DNA of 64,000 bases from Thermoanaerobaculia bacterium. Lineage in GTDB: Bacteria; Acidobacteriota; Thermoanaerobaculia; UBA5066. The notes under the pieces are model-generated. The model searched no databases, had not been told where the DNA came from, and worked only from the letters and a program-made list of their open reading frames with translations. The DNA lies in the NCBI GenBank assembly GCA_963816185.1, contig CAWFJJ010000024.1:320001-384000 (forward strand). The letters are read 5' to 3'. Shown one piece after another: positions 48,801 through 60,693 of this stretch. Position numbers and translations under genes: made by a program. Numbering within the stretch: the stretch's first letter is position 1; the number at the start of each line of letters is the position of its first letter.

Positions 48801-50444
48801 ATGAAGCTCACACCGTTCGCCAAGTTCTTCATCACCGTCGTCATCCTCGGCGTCATCGGATACGCCTTGTGGCATTACAAGAGTCTGGACATCCGAAAGT
48901 GGGCGGGCGCGGACAAGGGCGGCACGACCACGGCCGCGAAGTCCGGGAGCGGCGTCTCGTCCGACGACTTCAACGCGCTCCGGAACGCCCCGCCCGACCC
49001 CGAGCGGGGCAAGGGCGCGGCGGGGGTGTCGGGCGCGGCTCTCGCCGGCTCCGGAAGGCTCAGCCGGCCGCTGGTCGTGGCGATCAACACGTGGGCCGGG
49101 CATGCGCCGGGCATCGTGGCCGCGAACGGCATGTCGAGCAGCGCGAACTCGCGCTACAAGCAGACGTACGGCCTGGACGTGAAGTTCGTCCTTCTCGAGG
49201 ATCCGGCCGCCAAGCTCGCGGCCTTCCGCAAGGGCGACGTCGACATCATGTGGAATACCGTGGACAACTGGGCCCGGGAGGCCTCGATTCTCGCCGAGCA
49301 GAACCAGAAGGCGAAGTCCGTCATGATGCAGGACTGGTCGCGCGGAGGCGACGGCATCGTGTCGCTTTCGACGATCAAGTCCGTCGAGGATCTCAAGGGC
49401 CACAAGATCTCGTGCACGCAGTTCACGCCCTCGCACTTCCTGCTGCTCTATCTCCTCGCGCAGTCGGGCCTCTCTTCCGACGACCGCGCGGCGCTCGAAA
49501 AGAACATCATCTTCACGCAGGACGCGCCGGCGGCCGCCGCCATGTTCAAGGCGAAGCAGGTGGACGCGGCCGTCACGTGGGAGCCGGATCTCTCGGCGGC
49601 GGTCACGGCGCGGGGCGACGAGGCGCACGTGCTCGTCTCCACGACGGCGGCCACGAACATCATCGCGGACACGCTCTGCGCTCGGCAGGATCTCATCGAC
49701 AAGGCTCCCGACACGCTGCGCGACTTCATCCACGGCTGGTTCGACGGCATCGAGATGATCAAGTCCGACCCGAACGGGGCGTACGCGGTCGTCGCCAAGG
49801 CGCTGAAGCTCGACACGGACACCGTGTCCGGGATGCTCTCCGGCCTGAAGCTCACGCCCTATGCCGACAACGCGCAGTTCTACGGCCTCGCGGGCGGGAA
49901 GGCCCACTACGAGACGCTCTTCGACACGGCCTTCGTCATCTGGCGGAAGAAGGGGCTCGTGACGAGGCCGGTCGAGGCGAGGGACTGGGCCGACACGCGC
50001 TTCCTGTCGGCGCTCGCGGCGAACTACCCGCAGCAGAAGGTCGAGGAGCCGAAGATCGCCGCGAAGGCGCCCTCGTCGAAGGACCGCGCGATCCTCAACA
50101 AGCAGATCCAGATCCACTTCACGCCGGGCTCCGACGAGATCATGCCGGGCTCCAACTTCGTCCTCGATGCCCTCGGCGAGACGATGACGTCGTTCGGAAA
50201 CACGTATCTGCGCGTGGAAGGGAACACGGACGCCACGGGCAACCCGACCTCCAACATGTCGCTTTCCGAGCGGCGCGCCCTCGCGGTGAAGAACTACGTC
50301 CTGAAGAACTTCCCGAACATCCCGCCGCAGCGCTTCCAGACGATCGGGCGCGGCTCGACGCAGCCCGTGGCTCCGAACACGACGGAGACGGGACGGCAGC
50401 TCAACCGGCGCACGGACATCAAGGTCGTGCTCGCGAGTGAGTGA
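48801..50444 (+). CDS. Membrane-anchored NitT/TauT-type substrate-binding protein fused to an OmpA-like domain
   Basis: N-terminal TM; [31 protein letters not shown]; C-terminal VEGNTD..G....N..LSERRA and NRRTDI. Confidence 0.85.
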   Translation: MKLTPFAKFFITVVILGVIGYALWHYKSLDIRKWAGADKGGTTTAAKSGSGVSSDDFNALRNAPPDPERGKGAAGVSGAALAGSGRLSRPLVVAINTWAGHAPGIVAANGMSSSANSRYKQTYGLDVKFVLLEDPAAKLAAFRKGDVDIMWNTVDNWAREASILAEQNQKAKSVMMQDWSRGGDGIVSLSTIKSVEDLKGHKISCTQFTPSHFLLLYLLAQSGLSSDDRAALEKNIIFTQDAPAAAAMFKAKQVDAAVTWEPDLSAAVTARGDEAHVLVSTTAATNIIADTLCARQDLIDKAPDTLRDFIHGWFDGIEMIKSDPNGAYAVVAKALKLDTDTVSGMLSGLKLTPYADNAQFYGLAGGKAHYETLFDTAFVIWRKKGLVTRPVEARDWADTRFLSALAANYPQQKVEEPKIAAKAPSSKDRAILNKQIQIHFTPGSDEIMPGSNFVLDALGETMTSFGNTYLRVEGNTDATGNPTSNMSLSERRALAVKNYVLKNFPNIPPQRFQTIGRGSTQPVAPNTTETGRQLNRRTDIKVVLASE

Positions 50445-51249
50445 GAAGAAGCGCAAGAGGAGCGAGCTCTTCCAGCTCCGCGCCCCGCTGCCGCGCCCGA
50501 CGGCGTTCGTCCTCGGGCTCGTCGCGCCGGCGCTCGTCCTCGGGGCATGGTGCGTGGCCTCTTACGGAGGTCTCGCGCCGCCCGACTTTCTGCCGTCGCC
50601 GTCCGAGGTCGTGCGCGGCACGGTGCAGCTCTTCCTGCAGTACGACCTCGGTGAGGCCGTCCTCGTCTCCACGCGCCGCATCCTCCTCGCGTTTTTTCTG
50701 GCTTCGGCGCTGGCCCTCCCGCTCGGCATCCTGATGGGAGCCTTCGAGCCCGTGAACCGGTTCTTCGAGCCGGTCGTCGCTCCGCTCCGGTACATGCCGA
50801 TCTCGGCGTTCATCCCGCTCCTCATCCTCTGGTTCGGGATCTACGAAAAACAGAAGATCGCGTTCCTGTTCCTCGGGGTCTTCGTGTATCTCCTGCCGGT
50901 CGTCGTGACGGCCATCCGAGCCGTTCCCGACGAGCTCGTGCAGACGGCGCTCACCCTGGGAGCCACGCGCACGCAGGTCGTCCGTACGGTGCTGCTGCCG
51001 TCCGCGCTCCCCGAGATCTTCGACTCCTTCCGCGTCATGAACGCCATCTCCTGGACGTACGTCATCCTCGCCGAGGCCGTGAACCCAGAGCGCGGCCTGG
51101 GCTATATGGTCGAGCTGGCGCGCACGCATCAGAAAGCCTCGTGGTCCTTCGCGGGCCTTCTCGTCATCGGCGGCATCGGCCTCCTGACGGACTTCGTCAT
51201 CCGCACGGTCTCGCGGATCCTCTTCCGGTGGCGGGAGGTCGAGGCGTGA
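50437..51249 (+). CDS. NitT/TauT-type ABC transporter permease
   Basis: [46 protein letters not shown]. Confidence 0.9.
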   Translation: MSEKKRKRSELFQLRAPLPRPTAFVLGLVAPALVLGAWCVASYGGLAPPDFLPSPSEVVRGTVQLFLQYDLGEAVLVSTRRILLAFFLASALALPLGILMGAFEPVNRFFEPVVAPLRYMPISAFIPLLILWFGIYEKQKIAFLFLGVFVYLLPVVVTAIRAVPDELVQTALTLGATRTQVVRTVLLPSALPEIFDSFRVMNAISWTYVILAEAVNPERGLGYMVELARTHQKASWSFAGLLVIGGIGLLTDFVIRTVSRILFRWREVEA

Positions 51250-52142
51250 AGGAGGACGACGCGCCGAAGCCGGTACCCCAGGCGGGCGAGCCGGGCACCG
51301 TCGCCGTCGACGTCGGCCCCGCGGGTCAGAAGAGACCCACCTATCGCGCCGACCTGAAGGGTACGCCGCCGAAGCTGCGCGTCGCGGACCTTTCGGTCAC
51401 CTACGTCAACCGCGATGGCGACGGCACCGAGGCCGTGCGAGACGTCTCTTTCGACGTGGAGGACAAGCCCGGGGTGGGCGAGGTGGTGGTGTTCCTCGGG
51501 CCCTCGGGCTGCGGCAAGTCCACGATCCTGAAGGCGGTCGCGGGGCTCCTCCCTCCCACTAAAGGCGAGATCCTCGTCGACGGAAGCGCCGTGACCGGCG
51601 TCGGAAAAGACCGCGGCATGGTCTTCCAGGCCTACACGTCGTTCGGGTGGCTGACCGTGCGCGACAACGTGGAGTACGGCCTGAAGCTGCAGGGTGTGCC
51701 CGCCAACGAGCGCGTCGCGCGGTCGGACAAATACCTCAGGTCCGTCGGCCTCATGGACTTCGCCGACCGGTATCCGAAGGATCTCTCGGGCGGCATGAAA
51801 CAGCGCGTCGCCATCGCGCGCACGCTCATCAACCGCCCGCGCGTCATCCTGATGGACGAGCCGTTCGGGGCGCTCGACCCGCAGACGCGCTGGGGGATGC
51901 AGGGTCTCCTCCTCGACGTCTCGCGCACCGAGGATCCGACGATCCTGTTCGTGACGCACGACGTCTCGGAGGCCGTCTACCTCGCGGATACCGTGTACAT
52001 CCTGTCCTCGCGCCCGGCGCGGCTCCTGCATCGCGTGGACGTGCCGTACTTCCCGGTGAGGAACATCGAGCTGAAGTCGGCGTCCGAGTTCCGGGCGGTC
52101 GAGAAGAAGCTCCTCGACCTTCTGTATACACAGGCGTCCTAG
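51246..52142 (+). CDS. NitT/TauT-type ABC transporter ATP-binding protein
   Basis: GPSGCGKST, LSGGMKQRVAIAR, MDEPFGALD, FVTHDVSEAV; GTGA overlap. Confidence 0.92.
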   Translation: MKEDDAPKPVPQAGEPGTVAVDVGPAGQKRPTYRADLKGTPPKLRVADLSVTYVNRDGDGTEAVRDVSFDVEDKPGVGEVVVFLGPSGCGKSTILKAVAGLLPPTKGEILVDGSAVTGVGKDRGMVFQAYTSFGWLTVRDNVEYGLKLQGVPANERVARSDKYLRSVGLMDFADRYPKDLSGGMKQRVAIARTLINRPRVILMDEPFGALDPQTRWGMQGLLLDVSRTEDPTILFVTHDVSEAVYLADTVYILSSRPARLLHRVDVPYFPVRNIELKSASEFRAVEKKLLDLLYTQAS

Positions 52143-52163
52143 GGCGCATTATTGGGTCGTCCC

Positions 52164-53078
52164 ATGGGAACCGTCGAGACGCCGAAGACGCCCGTGAAGG
52201 CCGCGCCGCGGATCGCGCCGGCGTCGGCCGCCCCCACGGTGCAGGAGGGCATCACCGACGCGGCTCGCTCGGTCGCGAAGGGACTGGTCCTCGACAGGAG
52301 CCCGTACCTCAAGATGGCATTTACGAATCCCTACAACCTGTCGCTCTTCGGCGGAGCGCTCGCGGCCGCGGGTCTCACGTTGAATCCCGTCCTCGCCGTC
52401 GTGGCACTGGGCCTCGAGGGTCTGTGGCTCCTCCACGCCCCCGACAGCAGCCGGCTCAAGCATCTCCTCTGGGACCCGAGGTTCGAGAAGCTGCAGAAGG
52501 CCATGCGTGCAGAGGAGCGTGCCCAGCGCCTCGCCACAGTGGGCGAGGACGAGCGCCGGCGCGTCAACACGCTCGTGGCGCGTCAGGAGGAGATCCGGCG
52601 CCTCGCGGCGCAGAACCCGTCCTTCACGGGAGACCTCCTGAGAAACGAGCTCGTGAAAACCGACCGGCTCGTGGACGCCTTCGTGGAGATGGCCGTGACC
52701 TGCGCGCGGTACGAGGCTTACCTCGGATCGATCGACACAGATGCGCTGGAGAAGGATCGGCGAAGGTACGAGCTGGCGGCCAAGGGAGGGGATCCCTCGT
52801 ATCCGCAGACCACGATCGCGAAGAAGAACCTCTCGATCGTCGGACGCCGGCTCGAGAAGGTCCAGGAGATCCGGAGCTATCTGAGCGTGGCGAAAGGCCA
52901 GCTCGACCTCATCGAGAACTCGTTCCAGCTCATCGCGGACCAGATCGTCACGATGCAGTCGCCTCAGGAGCTCTCGGGCCAGCTCGACGAGCTGCTGGAC
53001 GGCGTGGAGGCCATCCGGCAGACGGCGCAGGACACCGAGAAGATCCTGAGCGGCATGGGCATCGAGCGGGAGATGTGA
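52164..53078 (+). CDS. Membrane-anchored coiled-coil hypothetical protein
   Basis: Hydrophobic hairpin LSLFGGALAAAGLTLNPVLAVVALGLEGLWLL followed by long helices. Confidence 0.75.
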   Translation: MGTVETPKTPVKAAPRIAPASAAPTVQEGITDAARSVAKGLVLDRSPYLKMAFTNPYNLSLFGGALAAAGLTLNPVLAVVALGLEGLWLLHAPDSSRLKHLLWDPRFEKLQKAMRAEERAQRLATVGEDERRRVNTLVARQEEIRRLAAQNPSFTGDLLRNELVKTDRLVDAFVEMAVTCARYEAYLGSIDTDALEKDRRRYELAAKGGDPSYPQTTIAKKNLSIVGRRLEKVQEIRSYLSVAKGQLDLIENSFQLIADQIVTMQSPQELSGQLDELLDGVEAIRQTAQDTEKILSGMGIEREM

Positions 53079-54805
53079 CGTTGGCGGGGCCCCCGGCCGC
53101 CCGCGCCGAGACTCGGACCCTCCCCGGCTGGGCGGACGACCTCCGCCGCCGGTACCTGAGGAACGAAGCCTCGATGTTCGTCCTGCACGGAAACGTGTAC
53201 GACGTCGTCCTCTGCGGCGGGAAGATGATGTCGCTATCGGATTTTCTGACGGGCGTTCTCCTGAAGGACACGAAGGACACGGTCCTCCTCTACAACGTCG
53301 CGACAGGCGTGCGGTTCACGAAGCGCGGCCCTCTCGCCGACGCGCTCGAGGACCTCGCGGGCACGCCACAGAAAGACCGCGTTCTGCCGGCGCTGGAGAA
53401 GCTTCTCTCGGCGTCGAACAGGACCGCCGTCGTCCTCGAATACGCCGAGGCGCTCGCGCCCACCGGCGATCCCGCGTTCCAGGGCGACTCGGACCGCGCG
53501 GCGCTCGTGACGCTCCATCGCTGGTCGTTTCTGCCCGAGATCGAGAAGGGCGACAACGTGGTCCTCCTCGTGGCCGAGAACCTTACGGACCTGTCGCCGA
53601 AGCTCCTCTCGAACCCGAAGGTGGCCGTCGTCGAGATCCCGATGCCGGACGCGCCCACGCGCAGGGCGGCCGCGAAGCTTGCGGACCCGGACCTTTCCGA
53701 CCGCGACGCGGGCCGGTACGGAGACGTCACAGCAGGACTGAAGTCGATCCAGATCGCCACACTCATCAGCCCCGGGATGGGCGACGCGGCGCGCACGGAA
53801 GCGGACCAGCTCATCGCCGAGAGAAAACGCGAGATCCTCGAGCGCGAGTGCTTCGGGCTCGTGGAGTTCGTCGTTCCAGAGCACGGCTTCGAAGTGGTCG
53901 GCGGCATGGACGAGGTGAAGAAGGACCTCCTGCTCATCGCCGAGAGCATCCGCGAGGGGCGGACGAGCCGCGTGCCGATGGGCATCCTCTTCACCGGCCC
54001 GATGGGCACGGGCAAGACGTTCGTGGCCGAGGCTTTCGCGAAGGAGTGCGGGCTGACCACGATCAAGCTGAAGAACTTCCGCAGCAAGTGGGTGGGTGCC
54101 ACGGAGGGCAACCTCGAGAAGATCCTGAACGTCGTCAAGGCCATCGGCCAGGTCGTCGTCATCATCGACGAAGGCGACCGTGCGTTCGGGTCCGGAGAAG
54201 GGGAGTCGGACGGGGGGACATCCTCGCGGGTCATCGCGCGCATCAAGGAGTTCATGTCCGACACGTCCAACCGCGGACGCATCCTCTTTCTCGTCATGAC
54301 AAACCGCCCCGACAAGCTGGATGTGGATCTCAAGCGCGCGGGACGGCTCGACAAGAAGATTCCGTTCCTCTACTCGCAGTCGCCCGAGGAAGTGGAGAAT
54401 GTCGCGCGCGCGCAGGTGAAGAAGAATCAGATCAAGACGAAAGTCGACTTCACCGCGATCCGCGACGACTTCTCGAAAAAGCTCGTGGGTTACTCGAATG
54501 CGGACGTCGAGGCGGTCATCCTGATGGCGAACGACGACGCCGCCCGGGAGGCAGGGGACGCGGGAGCTTCGGATGGGCCCCTGCGGCAAGGCGGCGACGC
54601 CGAGGTCGAGGCACGGCACCTCGTGAACGCCGCCCGCGACTACTTCCCGAGCCGCGACGTCGAGCTGCTGGAATACATGGAATTGCTGGCCGTCTTCGAA
54701 TCCTCGAGTCGCCGCCTCCTGCCCGTCAAGTACGCGACCATGACGCCGGAGGAGCTGGACGCCAGGCTGCGGCTGCTCCGGGCGACGGTCGGGGGAAGAA
54801 GGTAG
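53075..54805 (+). CDS. Classic-clade AAA+ ATPase with a degenerate N-terminal AAA-like domain
   Basis: Walker A GPMGTGKT, pore loop SKWVGATE, Walker [30 protein letters not shown]; GTGA overlap with the upstream gene. Confidence 0.9.
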   Translation: MTLAGPPAARAETRTLPGWADDLRRRYLRNEASMFVLHGNVYDVVLCGGKMMSLSDFLTGVLLKDTKDTVLLYNVATGVRFTKRGPLADALEDLAGTPQKDRVLPALEKLLSASNRTAVVLEYAEALAPTGDPAFQGDSDRAALVTLHRWSFLPEIEKGDNVVLLVAENLTDLSPKLLSNPKVAVVEIPMPDAPTRRAAAKLADPDLSDRDAGRYGDVTAGLKSIQIATLISPGMGDAARTEADQLIAERKREILERECFGLVEFVVPEHGFEVVGGMDEVKKDLLLIAESIREGRTSRVPMGILFTGPMGTGKTFVAEAFAKECGLTTIKLKNFRSKWVGATEGNLEKILNVVKAIGQVVVIIDEGDRAFGSGEGESDGGTSSRVIARIKEFMSDTSNRGRILFLVMTNRPDKLDVDLKRAGRLDKKIPFLYSQSPEEVENVARAQVKKNQIKTKVDFTAIRDDFSKKLVGYSNADVEAVILMANDDAAREAGDAGASDGPLRQGGDAEVEARHLVNAARDYFPSRDVELLEYMELLAVFESSSRRLLPVKYATMTPEELDARLRLLRATVGGRR

Positions 54806-54806
54806 C

Positions 54807-55367
54807 TTGAGACGCCGGGTTGCCGGCGCGCTCATCGCCGCCCTGTTCGCTCAGGGATGCTCGAGCGGGCAAACGACCGAGAAGCGCGCATTTCTCGCTG
54901 CGGGACTCGCCCTCCAAAGGGAGGCGCCCGAGCCGACGTTCGACGACTTGAGAACCGAGCTCGATCTCTACCTGAACGACGAGCTGCAGGACCTGAAGGA
55001 CCGGGCCAAGCTCCAGGAGGGGAAGGAGCTGGGCCGCTACCGGGCGATCGCCCTGATCGGCTCGGGCGCGGCGGTCCTCGCGATCTCGTCGGGTTCTCTC
55101 AACAATCCGGGGAACCGCGGCTTCCAGTACAGCCTCGGCTCCGTGAGCGCGGCCGTGGCCCTCGCCGGCTACGGGCTCTATCTCGTCCGCGCGGGCGAGA
55201 TGAAGGAATGCCGCGAGTTCCTGGATCGCGGCGGGCAGGATCTCTCGTCCTGGGGGCGCCTCCACCTCGTGCCCTCGAAGGGAAAGGTGCCTCGTGCGCT
55301 CTGGCTCGACTACGTGGACCAGGTCGGCGCCCTGCGCGCCCACGAATCCTGCCTGCGGATCCGTTAG
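54807..55367 (+). CDS. Putative lipoprotein with two further hydrophobic segments
   Basis: MRRR-hydrophobic-AQGC lipobox-like sequence; starts 1 nt after the AAA+ stop. Confidence 0.6.
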   Translation: MRRRVAGALIAALFAQGCSSGQTTEKRAFLAAGLALQREAPEPTFDDLRTELDLYLNDELQDLKDRAKLQEGKELGRYRAIALIGSGAAVLAISSGSLNNPGNRGFQYSLGSVSAAVALAGYGLYLVRAGEMKECREFLDRGGQDLSSWGRLHLVPSKGKVPRALWLDYVDQVGALRAHESCLRIR

Positions 55368-55455
55368 CCGCGTGCCGCAAAAGACGGCTGGAACGCTTCT
55401 TGCGCTGGCTCGTGAGGCGTCGATCCGGCCGGGGCCGGATTTTCAAAGGAGAGCC

Positions 55456-57564
55456 ATGCGAATCACCCTTTCTCGTTATGCCCTCGCGATTTCTCTGGCG
55501 CTGGCGTCCGCATCAGCCTCTGTCCTGTTTGCGCAACAGGACCCGAATTCGGAGGGTTCCCCAGACGATCAGGGGTTCCAACAGACGGTCGCGCGCGTCT
55601 CGTCGGTCATGGGCGACGCGACTTTTCAAAGGGGCGACGACCCGGATCATTGGCAGGCTTTGGCCGCCAACATCCCCCTGACCATCGGGGACCGGCTCTA
55701 CTCTTCGGAGGCGGGCCGCGTCGAGCTCGAGGCGCCGGGGCTGCACGCGTTCGTGGCTCCGGGCACGGAGCTGTCCGTCCTGAACCTCACGGAAGACGTG
55801 CAGCAGTACTCGATCGCCGAGGGCACGGCCACGTTCCGGGTGTCACACATGGATGACGAAGATGTCTTCGAGATCGACACGCCGAACGCCGCCGTCACGC
55901 TGGAAGCCACCGGCCTGTATCGCGTCTACGTCGACGCGGACGGAAACACGCGGGTTTGGGTGAGACGCGGGGAGGCGCGCGTGTCGGCGGGCGGTGGGGA
56001 GGTCGCCCTCCGCACGGGTGAGGCGATGCACATCGACGGCATCGACTCGCCCGAGTACGACGTCTTCGCGCTTCCTCTGGCCGATTCGTGGGACCGCTGG
56101 GTGGACTCGCGCGAGCGCCGGCGTCACACCGTCGTGTCGTACGACTACGCGAGTGAAGACATCGTCGGCGTGTCGGACCTCGATTCCTACGGTCGCTGGG
56201 AGGAGACGCCCGGATACGGCAACGTCTGGTTTCCGGCAAACGTCGCGTCGGACTGGGCGCCCTACAGGGCCGGCCGCTGGATCTGGCAGGACCCCTGGGG
56301 CTGGACGTGGGTGTCCTCCGAACCGTGGGGGTGGGCCCCCTATCATTACGGCCGTTGGGTCGTGTTCTCCTCGCGGTGGTGCTGGGTGCCCGTCGCTCCT
56401 CGCGTGAGGCACGTCGCATACGCTCCTGCGCTTGTCGCGTTCGTCGGCGGAGGGCCGGGCTGGTCGGCTTCGGTCTCGGTCGGCGGCGGAGGGTTCGTCG
56501 GCTGGTTCCCTCTCGGACCGCGCGACCCTGTTAACCCCTGGTGGGGAGCGCGCGCTCGCACGCAGGTCTCCGTCACGAACGTCACGTACGTGAACCGTTC
56601 ATACGTCACCGTCGTCAGCCGCGACGCATTCGTGAACGCGCGGCCGGCGAACGCGGCCCTCGTGCGTGACAGCAGCGTCATCCGGCAGGCCGCGCAGCAA
56701 CCCGTGCTGCGCGGACCGATGCCGGTGCTTCCCACGGCCCAGTCGATTCGAGGACCGTCGACGGAGCGCGTCGGCGCGAAGCCGTCTCAGCGCATCCTCG
56801 AGCGCCCCGTCGCCGCTCGCCTCGCGCCGCCCCCGGCGCCTCCCGCTTTCTCGGAGAAGATCGGCGCGATTCGCGAGAACCGCGGCGCCCCCATGACTCC
56901 GTCCGCGGCGGCCAAAATCGTCACGCAGTCGCCGCAGGGCGCACGCGCGGCCGTCCCGATTCGTCCCGTCGCCCGGGAGAGCGGCCACGTGGACCTCGCG
57001 CCCCGCCGGGAGGCGGTCGGCGCGCCGCCCCCGGATCCCATTCGCACCGGCAGCCGCGCGATTGCATCGCCGCAGGCTCCGTTCATCTCGCATCCATCAG
57101 GCTCGCGCGAGAACGCTCAGGCGATGCGCATCGCGCCGGGCGCGGTGACGACTCCTTTGGCGAAGCCGACGCCGTTTGCCCAACCGGTGATTCCTGCCCA
57201 ACCGCCGTCGCCTGCCCGCAGGCTGGAGAACCAACCCGGCCGGCCGGTCGTGATCTCCCCTCCGGCTCGCCCGACTCCCGTCACGCAGCCGGCGCCAAGA
57301 AGCATCGAGCAGAATCGGCCGCCTCAGGTCGAGCAGGTCCACCCGGTGCCTCAGATCGAGCGGGGCCGGGCGCCTCAAGTCGAGCAGCCCCGCCCGGCGC
57401 CCCAGGTCGAGCGGGCCCCCCAGCCGGAGAGGCGCGAGTTCAGCCGGGCTCCGCGCCGCGTGGCGCCCGCCGGACCCGATCCCTTGGCCGCGCACGGGCG
57501 CGCCGCGGACAAGAAGGCGACGGACGAAAAAGGTCAGAAGGGCGACAAGAACGAGAAGAAGTAG
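55456..57564 (+). CDS. Exported FecR-like / Trp-Gly-Pro-rich (DUF6600-type) protein with Pro-rich tail
   Basis: RBS AAGGAG, signal peptide; FEIDTPN, WAPYRAGRW, WGWAPYHYGRW, GWFPLGP; PQVE repeats near the C-terminus. Confidence 0.78.
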   Translation: MRITLSRYALAISLALASASASVLFAQQDPNSEGSPDDQGFQQTVARVSSVMGDATFQRGDDPDHWQALAANIPLTIGDRLYSSEAGRVELEAPGLHAFVAPGTELSVLNLTEDVQQYSIAEGTATFRVSHMDDEDVFEIDTPNAAVTLEATGLYRVYVDADGNTRVWVRRGEARVSAGGGEVALRTGEAMHIDGIDSPEYDVFALPLADSWDRWVDSRERRRHTVVSYDYASEDIVGVSDLDSYGRWEETPGYGNVWFPANVASDWAPYRAGRWIWQDPWGWTWVSSEPWGWAPYHYGRWVVFSSRWCWVPVAPRVRHVAYAPALVAFVGGGPGWSASVSVGGGGFVGWFPLGPRDPVNPWWGARARTQVSVTNVTYVNRSYVTVVSRDAFVNARPANAALVRDSSVIRQAAQQPVLRGPMPVLPTAQSIRGPSTERVGAKPSQRILERPVAARLAPPPAPPAFSEKIGAIRENRGAPMTPSAAAKIVTQSPQGARAAVPIRPVARESGHVDLAPRREAVGAPPPDPIRTGSRAIASPQAPFISHPSGSRENAQAMRIAPGAVTTPLAKPTPFAQPVIPAQPPSPARRLENQPGRPVVISPPARPTPVTQPAPRSIEQNRPPQVEQVHPVPQIERGRAPQVEQPRPAPQVERAPQPERREFSRAPRRVAPAGPDPLAAHGRAADKKATDEKGQKGDKNEKK

Positions 57565-57579
57565 AAGAAGTAGAAGACG

Positions 57580-57597
57580 TCTCAGAGGGTTCTGAGA
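57580..57597. terminator. Hairpin between convergent genes, possible terminator
   Basis: TCTCAGA-GGGT-TCTGAGA inverted repeat; no clear U-tract. Confidence 0.3.
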
Positions 57598-57632
57598 ACG
57601 CTTCTTGACGGGGAAGCAGACACCGTCCTTCC

Positions 57633-58684
<1,052 letters not shown>

Positions 58685-58688
<4 letters not shown>

Positions 58689-60586
58689 GCGACGAGCCCT
58701 CCCTTCTGCGCGTCCCCCCGTCCGGCGCGGGACGCGGGGGCTTCGTTAAGGACCCCGTCGATCACGGTCGTCGCGTCGAGGGGAAGCCCGTTGTACTGGC
58801 GGATGGAGACGAAGCGCGTCGCGAGCTCGGGTAGCTCGTCGCGAAGAATGGTGACGAGCTGTCCGTCGCGGTTCTGCTCGACGACGTAGATCCGGTCGTG
58901 ACGCCGCATCCAGCTCACGGCTTCGTCCGCGAGCGGCAGAGACTTGAGGCGGCAGTAGTCGAGGGGCACTCCGAAAGTCGTCGCCAGCTTGTCGCGTGCC
59001 TCCGTGGCTCCGTAATGCGACGTGCCGTAGGCGAGGAGACCCGCACGCGCGCCGGGCCGGTCCTCGAACACGGGCTTCGGCACCATCGCGCGCGCGGTCT
59101 CGAACTTCCTCACGAGGCGATCCACGTTGTGGACGTAGTCCTGGGGCTTCTCCGAGTACTGCGCTCGTTCATCGTGTCCGGAGCCGCGCGTGAAGTACGC
59201 GGCGTATGCGTTCGGGGTGCCGGGGAGCGTCCGGTACGGGATGCCGTCGCCGTCCACGTCCTTATAGCGGCCCCAGGTGTTCTTGACCTTCTCGATGGCC
59301 GCGGCGTCGAGCACTTTTCCGCGGTGGTGGGGCTCCGTCGGATACGGAAACGGGTCCGCCATCCAGTTGTTCATGCCGAGGTCGAGGTCCGACATCACGA
59401 ACACCGGCGTTTGGAGCTGCTCGGCAAGGTCGAAAGCCTGTTGGGCCATCGTGAAGCACTCCTCGGGCGAGGCGGGGAAGAGCAGGGGGTGCTTCGCGTC
59501 GCCGTGCGAGCTGAAATAGCAGAGAAGGAGATCGCCCTGCATCGTGCGGGTCGGGAGGCCGGTGGAAGGACCGGTGCGCTGGATGTCGAAGACGACGGCG
59601 GGGATCTCGGCGTAGTAGCCGAGCCCGATGGTCTCCGACATGAGCGAGATGCCGGGGCCGGACGTGGACGTGAACGAGCGCGCGCCAGCCCACCCCGCGC
59701 CGAGTACCATGCCGATCGAGGCGATCTCGTCCTCCGCCTGGATGACGGCGACGTTCTTCTTCTTCGTGGCGGGATCGACGCGCAGGTCGTCGCAGAAGTC
59801 GATGAAAGCCTCGCAAAGGGAGGACGACGGCGTGATGGGGTACCACGCGCAAACGGTGGCGCCGCCGAAGACGCAGCCGAGGGCGGATGCCACGTTCCCC
59901 TCGATGATGACTTTCCCCTCCGTGGCGTTCATCCGCTCGACGCGGAACGGGATCTTGGCCGGGAAGCTCTTCGCGGCGTACTCGAGCCCCACCTTCACGG
60001 CGTTCACGTTGAGGTCCACGGCTTTGGGCTTCCCCTTGAGCTGCCTCGCGATGGCCTTCTCGATCTCGGCGGGGTCGATTCCCATGAGCTCGGCCACGAC
60101 GCCCACGTAGATCATGTTCACGATGAGCTTGCGGAGCTTCGCGTGCTCGGGCGCGGAGGTGATCTTGAGGACGAGCTCCGAGAACGGGACCGCGTAGTAC
60201 GTGACGTCGTCGCGCCTCTTCCCCGGGTTCTCGAGCCCAAGCTTCTTTTCGTAGACGACGTACGCGCCCGCGCGCACGTCGCGGACGTCCTCGTCCGCCG
60301 TCTCGGGATTCATGCACACGAGGACGTCGAGGTCGCGCTTGCGCGCGATGTAGCCGTCCTTGTTCGCGCGAATCGTGAACCAGGTGGGCAGACCCTGGAT
60401 GTTCGAGGGAAAGAGGTTCTTCCCGGAGACGGGGACGCCCATGCGGAAGATGGACCGCATGAGGACGCTGTTCGCCGTCTGCGAGCCCGACCCGTTGGCC
60501 GTGGCGACCTGCAGCGAGAAATCGTTGGCGACGACCTCGGTAGACGCGCCGGCGCGGGACGTAGTCTCGGTGAGAACGCTCGACAT
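58685..60586 (-). CDS. korA: 2-oxoacid:ferredoxin oxidoreductase alpha subunit (gamma-alpha fusion)
   Basis: NGSGSQ, FPSNIQG, YPITPSS, QAEDEIA, TSGPGISLM, QRTGPSTGLPT, VVEQN. Confidence 0.88.
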
Positions 60587-60693
60587 TCTGGTTTTTCCTC
60601 CGGGGCCGCGACCCTGCTGTGACCCTGGCGGGTCCGCGGCAAGATGAGACCTGATCTTAACTCCGCCCGGGCGCCCGTGGAAGAATCTCGAGC

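Noticed and set aside
51647-53074. 1052-aa ORF suggesting a long N-terminal extension on the AAA+ ATPase
   Set aside because: The extension overlaps two well-supported genes in other frames; GTG 53075 coupled to the upstream stop is the likelier start
57556-57577. Tandem AAGAAGTAG duplication at a stop codon
   Set aside because: About two and a half units only; likely slippage with no coding effect
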